From: a virus
Taxonomy: Duplodnaviria > Caudoviricetes
Virus record (IMG/VR): IMGVR_UViG_3300049140_000091
Span: 1 to 34,050 of that record
Reading direction: 5' to 3' (one strand)
DNA: 34,050 nt
Below, in pieces: positions 1 to 7,050 of the stretch. The stretch's first letter is position 1. Each line of letters opens with the position of its first letter. A model generated the notes under the pieces. It was not told the origin of the DNA. It saw nothing but the letters and a program-made list of their open reading frames with translations, and ran no database searches. The position numbers were made by a program, and so were the translations under genes.

Positions 1-144
1 GGGGACCGGTTCGGCGGGCTCGGGCGCCTGCTCGGGGGCGTGGTCGGCGGCGTCGATCAGCAGCTTCAGCAGCCACAGCACGAGGCCGGTGCCGGTCGCG
101 GATCCGGTGATGACGAGCCATAAGGCCATTCCGTTGCCGGTCAC
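1..144 (-). CDS. Small membrane protein, partial (runs off the window edge)
   Basis: GTG at 144 overlaps the TGA of 141..734 (GTGA). Reads VTGNGMALWLVITGSATGTGLVLWLLKLLIDAADHAPEQ..., with one hydrophobic segment. Contains an in-frame TTA codon at 121-123. Confidence 0.55.
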   Translation of the reverse strand, partial: MTGNGMALWLVITGSATGTGLVLWLLKLLIDAADHAPEQAPEPAEPVP

Positions 145-734
145 CATGGGTGCTCGCTCGCCCGCGTGGCGAGGACGTTGCGGGGGTGGCTGGCGGGCTG
201 GGCGGCGGCCTCGTCATCGAGGAGCTGGCCGACGTTTTCACCGCGTAGGTGCACGGTGACCTCGCCGTAGTGGCCGGTACTGGTGACGAGGTGGCCGTGT
301 CTGCGGACCGAACCGTTCGTGGCGGACGCCTTGTTCAGCCACCAGTCCCACGCGCGGAGGGACTGCGGCCGCACGGTGATCGTGAGGTGGGTGGGGGTGG
401 GCACGTCGGTGGAGGTGACGTCCGGCTGCATGCCGCGCAGTTCGAGGGCGAGGAGTGCGGCCGGGGAGTCTTCCTCTACCTCGGGGTGGATGGCGGAGCG
501 GCAGCCCGCGTACTCGGTGACGTGCCGGTCGACGGGGGCGGCCTGCTCGGCCAGCGCGTAGGCGACGGGAACGATCTCGTCGGCCGTTGCGGTGGCCTCG
601 GCGATCAGCGCCTTGACCGGGCCGGTCAGCTCGAGGGCCAGGTGCTCGATCTGCTGCGCGGTGAGCGGAAGGTCGGCGAGGACCGTGGCCATCTCGATCC
701 GGGAGTGCAGCTGGTGCTGCAGGACCCGGCTCAC
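141..734 (-). CDS. Hypothetical early phage protein (197 aa)
   Basis: Start overlaps the stop of 731..1384; protein-like composition; no family recognised. Confidence 0.75.
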   Translation of the reverse strand: MSRVLQHQLHSRIEMATVLADLPLTAQQIEHLALELTGPVKALIAEATATADEIVPVAYALAEQAAPVDRHVTEYAGCRSAIHPEVEEDSPAALLALELRGMQPDVTSTDVPTPTHLTITVRPQSLRAWDWWLNKASATNGSVRRHGHLVTSTGHYGEVTVHLRGENVGQLLDDEAAAQPASHPRNVLATRASEHPW

Positions 735-1384
735 CGGTCACCGCCGGTGTGCGGGTCGGTCGGAGCGAGGACGACCATGTGGCCCGGTTCCACGGCGGGG
801 GCGAAGGAGATGGTGTCCGGCTCGTCGGTGCCGGCCTCGACGGCGGGGATCTGGGCGACGACGCTTCCGCCGAGGGAGGCGACGTACCGGTTGAGGGACT
901 CGTCGTACAGGGCGGTCTCGTCCTGGGCGGCGGGGCTTTCGCCGAGCGGCACCGATACCGGCGCGGGTTCCGTCTCGGACGCGGCCTCGGTCGGCGGGGT
1001 GGTCCGGGAGGCCGCGAGCAGCTGCTCGGCGTCGGCGGCCTCGGCGGGGCTCAGGAGGGTCCAGGCCAGTATGTCGACGCCGTCGACGCAGAGGCGGGCC
1101 TCGGCGTAGACGCCGGAGCCGAGGGCGTTGGGCGTGAGCTCCCAGGAGGCACCGGCCCATGAGGCGAGGGCGCTGACGCCGGAGACGTCCTGGCTCCAGA
1201 AGACGTTCACGCTGTACTCGCCGGACAGTTCGCGCTTGATCTCGATGTCGCGGGGCAGCGTGGTCAGCTGGGCGATGATCCGGCCGACGAGGGTGTGGGC
1301 CTGGGTGATGGTCGCGCCCTGCGGGGCCGGCTCTCTGGCCTCGGCGGGTGCGGTGAGCGTGGTGGGCTGGGTAGCCTGGTCCAC
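731..1384 (-). CDS. Hypothetical early phage protein (217 aa)
   Basis: GAGG RBS before the GTG; globular N-terminal half and acidic Ala/Pro-rich C-terminus; coupled to the downstream gene. Confidence 0.75.
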   Translation of the reverse strand: MDQATQPTTLTAPAEAREPAPQGATITQAHTLVGRIIAQLTTLPRDIEIKRELSGEYSVNVFWSQDVSGVSALASWAGASWELTPNALGSGVYAEARLCVDGVDILAWTLLSPAEAADAEQLLAASRTTPPTEAASETEPAPVSVPLGESPAAQDETALYDESLNRYVASLGGSVVAQIPAVEAGTDEPDTISFAPAVEPGHMVVLAPTDPHTGGDR

Positions 1385-1480
1385 GTGAACCTCATTTCAT
1401 AGGGGTGAGGCGGAGTTACTTCGGCGGGGTCGAGGGACCGGGCATGGTCCACGGCCCCGTTTCGCATGCGTGTGGGGGAA

Positions 1481-1786
1481 TCAGGCGCGGCGTCGCCGAG
1501 GCGGCTTGGCGACGAGTTGCATGACCCGCGCGCTGTCCGAACTGGTCTTGGTGGTGCTGCGCGGGCGGCCAGCCGCAGCCGCGAAGGACTGCTGCGTCGG
1601 CGTCCTGTCGTTCTGTTGGATCTGCTCCACAAGGGCGTCGACCTGAGGGCCGCTGAATCGCCACGCTCCGGCAGCAAATCCCGCTGAGATTCGGCCAGTT
1701 CGGGCCTGCTCCCGCAGCCAGTACTTGGAGACGCCGACCGCTTCGGAGACCTCAGCGACCGTGAAGAACAGACGAGGCAGGGTCAT
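1481..1786 (-). CDS. Excisionase-like HTH DNA-binding protein (HTH_17/MerR-like fold, 101 aa)
   Basis: ATG at 1786 overlaps the upstream TGA (ATGA). FTVAEVSEAVGVSKYWLREQARTGRI...GAWRF is a typical Xis-like winged HTH. Confidence 0.8.
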   Translation of the reverse strand: MTLPRLFFTVAEVSEAVGVSKYWLREQARTGRISAGFAAGAWRFSGPQVDALVEQIQQNDRTPTQQSFAAAAGRPRSTTKTSSDSARVMQLVAKPPRRRRA

Positions 1787-2013
1787 GCCACGCCCCGGGC
1801 GGTAGTGGCGGCCTGCCGCGCGAGGTACGCCTCGATGTCCTTGACACTCGACACGACTCGGCCGTTCAGACGCCATGTGCGCGGGCCTCGCCCTTGGTTC
1901 CGCCAGGTGCGGATCGTGCCGGGACGGACTCCGAGTCGGGTAGCGATACCAGGTCCGGACTCTGTGTCGGCGATATAGATGAGGCCGGGTGGGGGGCTGG
2001 ATCGAAGGGGCAT
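1783..2013 (-). CDS. AlpA/excisionase-like HTH protein (76 aa)
   Basis: AAGGAGG RBS before the ATG at 2013. IATRLGVRPGTIRTWRNQGRGP...LNGRVV...DIEAYL matches AlpA/Xis-like proteins. Confidence 0.8.
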   Translation of the reverse strand: MPLRSSPPPGLIYIADTESGPGIATRLGVRPGTIRTWRNQGRGPRTWRLNGRVVSSVKDIEAYLARQAATTARGVA

Positions 2014-2294
2014 TCTTCCTCCTTGTCGATTCCGGATTGGGTCAAGCTGCGCGGATCTGGAGACGTTGGGGGCTCGAAGAGGACCAGCACGGCAACGCCG
2101 AGGGCCTCCGAGATGACGTGGGCTGCTTCCATGTCGCAGGTCTGATTGCGGCCGCTGACGAGATGCCCCACAAGCCCGGGCTTGAGCTGCGCAGCCTCGG
2201 CGAGGGTGCGCACCGTGTACGGAACGCCACGCCCGGGCGTATCCATCACGCGCCGCAACATGTCGGGGTCCCGCAGGCGGTAGCGCACTCTCAT
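1866..2294 (-). CDS. Cro-like XRE HTH protein
   Basis: TVRTLAEAAQLKPGLVGHLVSGRNQTC...ISEALGV is an XRE HTH. First gene of the leftward operon, divergent from 2549..3010. The last ~49 codons overlap the next gene. Confidence 0.75.
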   Translation of the reverse strand: MRVRYRLRDPDMLRRVMDTPGRGVPYTVRTLAEAAQLKPGLVGHLVSGRNQTCDMEAAHVISEALGVAVLVLFEPPTSPDPRSLTQSGIDKEEECPFDPAPHPASSISPTQSPDLVSLPDSESVPARSAPGGTKGEARAHGV

Positions 2295-2313
2295 ACATCT
2301 CTCCAGCGGCTCA

Positions 2314-2458
2314 ATTCATCTACAACCAGAGACATTAGAGCACGTCGTAGATGAATCGTCTACGGATCGGCGCACCCGTGCGCCTAATCGGCTCACTTTG
2401 CGCCTTGCTGGCGCCCCCTACCCGGCGGTTTACTTAGATCCATAGACGCTGTGTCTAC
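2314..2458. promoter_or_regulatory. Candidate repressor operators (RTAGAY-N5-GTCTAC) in the divergent cro/cI region
   Basis: GTAGATGAATCGTCTAC at 2347-2363 and ATAGACGCTGTGTCTAC at 2442-2458. ATTCATCTAC at 2314-2323 is the exact inverse of 2347-2356. Confidence 0.65.
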
Positions 2459-2548
2459 AGATAGAGCCGCCGCTGCGGCGCTCGCAGCTACAGCCCGGCT
2501 CACCCCCACACTGCGCACGAGACAGCGCCCGCCGCGAAGAGAGGCCCG

Positions 2549-3010
2549 ATGAAGGCAGCAGACGACCGCACCGGCTCCGAGGAGGTGTCTGTCCCCGAGC
2601 ACCTGGCACAAGACCTTGACCGCGACGACCTTTCTCGGATGGTCCGCGAGGTCAATGACGCCGGTGTCCCGTATGCGGCGATGGAGAAGCGGGCCCGCGA
2701 GGCGGGCTATCCGCTGAGCCGCTCCCAGTTCAACAAGATGGCGACCGGCGCCGTGAAGACCCCTCCGACCGAGGAAGACCTCCTCGCGTACGCGGCCGGC
2801 CTCCGTAAGCCGCTGCGTGTGGTTCAGCGGGCAGTAGCCCGGCAGTACCTGAACTTCGAGCCGACCGAGCTGTCCGGATACGGCGATGACGTGATGGTCA
2901 TCGTGGCCCACCTGGCAGGTATGGGCCCGGACGACCGGCGCCGCTGGAGGGCGATGATTGAGGCCGATGAGCGCGCTCGGGCTGAACGTGATGGTGATGC
3001 GGAGGTCTAG
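2549..3010 (+). CDS. Putative immunity repressor (CI-like, divergent XRE-type HTH)
   Basis: Divergent from the Cro-like gene and upstream of the integrase; HTH-like segment YAAMEKRAREAGYPLSRSQFNKMATG; GAGG RBS. Confidence 0.7.
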   Translation: MKAADDRTGSEEVSVPEHLAQDLDRDDLSRMVREVNDAGVPYAAMEKRAREAGYPLSRSQFNKMATGAVKTPPTEEDLLAYAAGLRKPLRVVQRAVARQYLNFEPTELSGYGDDVMVIVAHLAGMGPDDRRRWRAMIEADERARAERDGDAEV

Positions 3011-3035
3011 CCGAGTTACTGTCCGCCTCTAGTGT

Positions 3036-3052
3036 GTAGACGCTCCGTATAT
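3036..3052. promoter_or_regulatory. Third operator-like site, upstream of the small gene and integrase
   Basis: GTAGACGCTCCGTATAT shares TAGACGCT with the 2442 site and lies in an AT-rich patch (TATATATAT). Confidence 0.5.
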
Positions 3053-3117
3053 ATATCGTGACCGGACTCGCGACGAGCACGTGCCGAATAGGCGTTCGGG
3101 ATCGGTATGGGGGCCAC

Positions 3118-3363
3118 ATGATCAAGTTCAGGCGCGGACGGACTGAGGGAGACGCCCCGGTCGTGGTCAAGGCACACCGGCAGGGTGCCCACGTCATCGT
3201 CAACGAAGCGATGTTCAGCGAAGAGCAGGTTGCCGCGCTGAACTGCGGGATGACCGGCTGGCTGTCGATAGCCGATGTATGGCAGCTGTGGCACGGCGAG
3301 ATCGTTGACCTGAGCGAGGTCGGCCCCGAGCCCCAGTTGAAGACGAGAGAGCCCGCACGGTAG
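3118..3363 (+). CDS. Hypothetical protein (81 aa) between repressor and integrase
   Basis: ATG at 3118 preceded by GGGGG; fills the gap and is co-oriented with cI and int. Confidence 0.65.
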   Translation: MIKFRRGRTEGDAPVVVKAHRQGAHVIVNEAMFSEEQVAALNCGMTGWLSIADVWQLWHGEIVDLSEVGPEPQLKTREPAR

Positions 3364-3390
3364 CCCCGCGCGGGTGCCCAAGGGGAGCCA

Positions 3391-4941
3391 ATGGCGTGGA
3401 CTGAACAGCTGGTAGGCGGGTTTCGCGCCCGCTATCGCGACGCCGCCGGAAAGAAATGCTCCGTGCTGGATGACGCCGGAGCCCCGAAGTTGTACCGCAC
3501 CAAGTCCGAGGCGCTGAAAGCTGCGCGGGACGCCGAGACGGACGTACGCAAGGGACGACACCGCGACCCCAAGCTGGGCCTGGAGACGTTCGCCGAGTAC
3601 GCGAACCGCTGGTACGAGGCCCAGGAACTGGCTGCGTCGACGATGCAGAACTACAAGCGCCACATCGAGGAGCATCTCCTGCCCCACTTCGGGGACCTGG
3701 CCCTGAAGCAGATCACCAAGGAAATGGTGCTGCGGTGGGAACGCGCTGAGAAGTCGGCCGGCTACATGCCCTCGAGCATCAAGACGTGGCGGGGCACGTT
3801 GCACGTCATCCTGACGGACGCTGTCGATGACGAGCTCATCGGCGCCAATCCCGCCGCGAAAAAGCGAGGGAGGGGCCGACGCGCCGGAAGGTCGACGCAG
3901 CGCACCCCGGAAAAGGCGATCACCGATGCGCTTGGGGCGCTCCTCGTGGCCGAGCGCGCCAGTCTGCTCTCCGGTCGGGACGACGAGTTCGTCCTCATCG
4001 TGACCGACACATACACCGGGATGCGGTGGGGTGAGGTCGTCGGTCTGGAACGCGAGTACGTGCGGGACACGACCATCCGCGTCGAGTGGCAGCTGTACGA
4101 ACTGGACTCGGGAGAGCTGGACCGGTGCCCGCCGAAAGAGGACTCGTACCGAACTCTGGATATTCCCACCTGGCATTCACGACTGTTGACGGAGTTCCGT
4201 CAGCGTCGCCCCGACACGAAATGCGCGTGCCACGGGAACTCGTATTTCTTCGCCGGATACGGCATCGCGAATGGGAAAGGCACACCAGGCGTCACCCTGA
4301 AGGAAGTCGCCGCCCTCGCGAAGGTCTCCGTTGGCACGGTCTCGAACGTCCTCAACCGGCCGGACCGAGTAGTCGAGGCGACACGCGAGCGGGTCACGGC
4401 CGCGATCGCCGAACTGCGGTATGTACGCGGGTCGTCGGCAGGCGATCACGCTGAGCATCACCGGCGCAGCGGATTCGCCACATGGCTGTTCCAGCCTGCG
4501 GCCACTGGCTGGTATCCGCCGAAGGCGCCGCAGCCTCGGCGCCCCGTGCCCGTGCTGGCCGACCCATGGCCTGGCGTGCCCGCCCGCGGGCGCGGCGCCG
4601 CCGGCCGCGCTGAAGCATGCTGGGTTCCCGTGGCGAAAGGGCTGACGCCTCATGGGCTCAGGCACCTGAGTAAGACGATCATGGAAGAACTCGGTACGCC
4701 GCCGAAGCTGATGGACGAACGCATGGGGCACTTCGACGGCACGGTGCAGGCCCGGTACACGCACATCACGGCAGGGATGCGCGAGCGGCTCATGGAGGGC
4801 CTGACCGAGGTGTGGGAAGCAGCGCTCGACGCTCGGCTGGCGATGTGTCCGCGGTCCGCTGTGCCGATCCTGGATCGGCTCCTGGTGGAGCGAGCCCAGG
4901 GCGTGACTCCCATCCGTCGGCTGCACGCCGCTGGCGCGTGA
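3391..4941 (+). CDS. int: Tyrosine integrase with an internal LacI-type HTH
   Basis: N-terminal arm-binding region (FRARYRDAAGK), SAM-like core-binding region, and catalytic motifs TGMRWGE (R), PPK (K), HGLRH (HxxR), MGH (H), RYTH (Y). LacI-like HTH at aa ~301-344. AAGGGGAG RBS. Confidence 0.92.
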   Translation: MAWTEQLVGGFRARYRDAAGKKCSVLDDAGAPKLYRTKSEALKAARDAETDVRKGRHRDPKLGLETFAEYANRWYEAQELAASTMQNYKRHIEEHLLPHFGDLALKQITKEMVLRWERAEKSAGYMPSSIKTWRGTLHVILTDAVDDELIGANPAAKKRGRGRRAGRSTQRTPEKAITDALGALLVAERASLLSGRDDEFVLIVTDTYTGMRWGEVVGLEREYVRDTTIRVEWQLYELDSGELDRCPPKEDSYRTLDIPTWHSRLLTEFRQRRPDTKCACHGNSYFFAGYGIANGKGTPGVTLKEVAALAKVSVGTVSNVLNRPDRVVEATRERVTAAIAELRYVRGSSAGDHAEHHRRSGFATWLFQPAATGWYPPKAPQPRRPVPVLADPWPGVPARGRGAAGRAEACWVPVAKGLTPHGLRHLSKTIMEELGTPPKLMDERMGHFDGTVQARYTHITAGMRERLMEGLTEVWEAALDARLAMCPRSAVPILDRLLVERAQGVTPIRRLHAAGA

Positions 4942-5062
4942 TCACGATTTTCGCCCCAGATTTGCCCCAGATGGATCCCGGATCGGGGGCCACGCTTTCC
5001 GAGAAACCGGGATCCACCTGCACACTCTCCGGCGTGGCGGAGTCTATTTACGGACCTGCGAT

Positions 5063-5109
5063 CTTCGTTCGGGACGAAGAGGTCGTGGGTTCAAATCCCG
5101 CCACCCCGA
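5063..5109 (+). tRNA. 3' portion of tRNA-Pro(CGG); att core, not a complete gene
   Basis: Anticodon arm CTTCG-TTCGGGA-CGAAG, variable loop AGGTC, T arm GTGGG-TTCAAAT-CCCGC, acceptor 3' strand CACCCCG-A. No canonical D arm upstream. Confidence 0.88.
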
Positions 5110-5125
5110 CAGAGAAGTAAATGAT

Positions 5126-5160
5126 GAGAGGCCGTTTCCCCAGGTGGGAGGCGGCCTCTC
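5126..5160 (+). terminator. Hairpin terminator downstream of the tRNA fragment
   Basis: GAGAGGCCGTTTCCC-CAGGT-GGGAGGCGGCCTCTC (15 bp, 2 G-U pairs), followed by TGCTTTGTGT. Confidence 0.75.
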
Positions 5161-5275
5161 TGCTTTGTGTCCATGTTGGCACCCATGGCCCTGTGCGGCT
5201 CTTCGTGGGGCAGTGTGGCTCCTTGTGCCCCAGGTCTGCCCCAGGGCCGCCCCAGAAGGGCAGCCCACTGAAGCG

Positions 5276-5608
5276 TCATTCCGGCTGCCCGATGGTTCCA
5301 GGCGCGTACGGCAGTCCTCGCTGGATCATCCGCACCCGGCGGCCCTCTTCCTGCTCGAGGACGCAGCTGCCGCACATAGTGAGAGGCACCGGCTCGTGGT
5401 CGCCGTCATCCCCCCTGAACCCGATCACCGTGATGAATCGATTCTCTGATTGACACTTGAAGCAGGCGCCCGGATGCCAGTCATAGCAAGCAAGGATCAC
5501 CGGGGGGTCGAGCCTGTAGGTGGCGAAGCGAGATGCCTCGGTATCCGGCAGCCAGTCGGGGCGCTCGGATGGGGTCGGGGTTGCCGGGCCCGGCCTGATG
5601 TCACTCAC
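5276..5608 (-). CDS. Hypothetical protein with CxxC...CxxC (putative zinc ribbon, ~110 aa)
   Basis: CFKC and CGSC motifs. Start placed at GTG 5608 because the longer ORF overlaps the divergent XRE gene. Confidence 0.65.
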   Translation of the reverse strand: MSDIRPGPATPTPSERPDWLPDTEASRFATYRLDPPVILACYDWHPGACFKCQSENRFITVIGFRGDDGDHEPVPLTMCGSCVLEQEEGRRVRMIQRGLPYAPGTIGQPE

Positions 5609-5747
5609 TGCACACTCGCTTCTTTGTTCTAATCGCCCCCTGAGCCTACGCGTCAGGCATTTAATCGCTTCACCATGCATCCATGATGCCGAAATGTAGG
5701 CGAATTCGCCTACAGACTTCAGATCGTGAAATGGCCAGCGTGACAGG

Positions 5748-6029
5748 GTGCCTCTGCCCGTCCCGCCCCCCGACCGCAACGAACTCGTCGCACGACGGGT
5801 CGCCTTCGGTATCCGACTTCGCGCGGCCCGACGTTCAATGGGGCTTACCCAAGAGCAGGTCGTGGAACGCGCCGGCATCGATCGGGCGGCCTACTCCGAG
5901 ATCGAGCGCGGACAACGCGATGCCCGCCTCTCGACACTGCTGCGCATCGAGAACGCCATCGGAGGACGTCTCGACCTGGTTCGGGACCCCGCCGCCGGGG
6001 CGGGGGAACACCCGGCGGCGGGGCGATAG
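5748..6029 (+). CDS. XRE-family HTH transcriptional regulator (93 aa)
   Basis: LRAARRSMGLTQEQVVERAGIDRAAYSEIERGQRDARLSTLLRIENAIG is a canonical HTH_3. Confidence 0.9.
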   Translation: MPLPVPPPDRNELVARRVAFGIRLRAARRSMGLTQEQVVERAGIDRAAYSEIERGQRDARLSTLLRIENAIGGRLDLVRDPAAGAGEHPAAGR

Positions 6030-6106
6030 CCGCCCCTCATCGGCACGAGGGGCGGAGACCAGCGCCCTGGAAGGTAGGCGGGCGCCGGAGCTCTCAGCGT
6101 CTTGGA

Positions 6107-6313
6107 CTACTTGGTGGACCGAAGGTATGTCTCCCACAGATCCCCTGCCGTGGCGCACTGGCTCGGGTCGTGCGTGCAGACGCGGCACTCCGCGCCGTGA
6201 TCGGCGTACGCCCGGTACGCCTTCCGGGTGCGGCTGAACTCGGCGTCGCCTGACACACGCTGCATGGCCCCGGGGCCGCTGCCGGTGTCCCTCCACTCCC
6301 ACCGAACGCTCAC
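6107..6313 (-). CDS. Small protein with H-x3-C-x2-C-x6-C motif (68 aa)
   Basis: GGGAGGGAG RBS; GTG overlaps the upstream TGA; HGAECRVCTHDPSQC. Confidence 0.7.
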   Translation of the reverse strand: MSVRWEWRDTGSGPGAMQRVSGDAEFSRTRKAYRAYADHGAECRVCTHDPSQCATAGDLWETYLRSTK

Positions 6314-6510
6314 GTCTCCCTCCCGACAGGGTGGGGATGACGGCGGATCTCCATCTCGTAGGTGGTGGCCTGCTTCACATCGCCCCGGCCCTCGGCAGCA
6401 GCCCGCTGCTTGTCGAGTGCCGAGCACACGTCGCACCCCGGCGCGGGCCGCGGCGGACGCGTGGGGTCCGTGAGCACCACGGGCGGTTCTGGGGTCGTCT
6501 GCTGCTTCAT
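6310..6510 (-). CDS. Small protein with CxxC...HxH motif (66 aa)
   Basis: GGAGG RBS; ATGA overlap with 6507..6962; PAPGCDVCSAL...EIRRHPH. Confidence 0.72.
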   Translation of the reverse strand: MKQQTTPEPPVVLTDPTRPPRPAPGCDVCSALDKQRAAAEGRGDVKQATTYEMEIRRHPHPVGRET

Positions 6511-6962
6511 CCGAAGGCCTCCGCTGGGAGTCGGCCGCCCGGACCGAACGCGGCTCCGAGCAGTACGGGATCGGTCAGCCGGCCAGACCCGTCCGGGCGT
6601 TCCAGCCATATCCGGCCATTGAGGTGGTACAGGACGGGTGGGCACTTCAGAACCCAGCCGGGCGGACGAACGGTTACCTGCCGAACGTCGTCCAGCTCGT
6701 CACCCACATCGGTCGGAAGGAGCCACCAGGCCTGGTCCGCGTCGACATCAGCGAGGACAGGGCCGAGGCGCTCCGACCCGATGCGCCGCATCGCGGTCAC
6801 AGACCGCAGAAGCGGAGCCTCTGCCACTCGCCAGTGCTGGCCCGTGGGGAACGGGGCCAGCTCTTCGCCGCTCCACGCGCGCTGTACGGCGGTGGGGCGA
6901 TCCGTACAAGACAGGAGCCACTCGTGGCCCGCCCGCCGCTGCATGAGAGTTTGTCCGGCCAT
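6507..6962 (-). CDS. Actinomycete hypothetical protein of the type found beside XRE-DUF5753 regulators (151 aa)
   Basis: GPVLAD...WWLLP and W-x-x-x-PDGSGRLTDP motifs, recalled from Streptomyces XRE-associated loci. Probably leaderless (TACGGT ends 8 nt before the ATG). Confidence 0.75.
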   Translation of the reverse strand: MAGQTLMQRRAGHEWLLSCTDRPTAVQRAWSGEELAPFPTGQHWRVAEAPLLRSVTAMRRIGSERLGPVLADVDADQAWWLLPTDVGDELDDVRQVTVRPPGWVLKCPPVLYHLNGRIWLERPDGSGRLTDPVLLGAAFGPGGRLPAEAFG

Positions 6963-6984
6963 GACCCAGGACCGTAGGCGGGGG

Positions 6985-7049
6985 GATTGCAGGGCCGCGC
7001 GCCGATTGCGCGCAATTGCGCATCTCGCTACGCGGCTTGCTCGGATTGC
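6985..7049. promoter_or_regulatory. Cluster of (A/C)TTGC repeats around the palindrome ATTGCGCGCAAT
   Basis: Perfect 12-bp palindrome at 7005-7016, with further TTGC units near 6987, 7016, 7037 and 7046. Confidence 0.6.
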
Positions 7050-7050
7050 C

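Larger units (their letters stand above)
4953..5255 (+). mobile_element. attP region: tRNA-Pro core flanked by arm-type repeats
   Basis: Directly after int. GCCCCAG at 4953 and 4964 (left) and at 5227, 5238 and 5249 (right), all 11 bp apart within each cluster; tRNA 3' half in the middle. Confidence 0.85.

Noticed and set aside
1385-1480. Structured intergenic RNA (GGACC/GGTCC and CCTCA/TGAGG stems) upstream of 731..1384
   Set aside because: Stems are only ~5 bp in GC-rich DNA and cannot be told from chance without covariation data.
4291-4422. Separate LacI-family sugar regulator gene
   Set aside because: The HTH is in frame inside the integrase and has no sugar-binding domain.
5030-5111. 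Complete functional tRNA-Pro gene
   Set aside because: The 5' side has a C-C mismatch in the would-be acceptor stem and 26 nt with no recognisable D arm. Only the anticodon-to-3' part is canonical, as expected for an att core.
4953-5255. GCCCCAG repeats as a CRISPR array or iterons
   Set aside because: 7-bp units with 4-bp gaps, no unique spacers, no cas or rep gene; their position around the att core fits integrase arm sites.
5615-5632. Possible LexA/SOS box (TAGAACAAAGAAGCGA on the minus strand)
   Set aside because: Only one half resembles the actinobacterial TCGAAC-N4-GTTCGA consensus.
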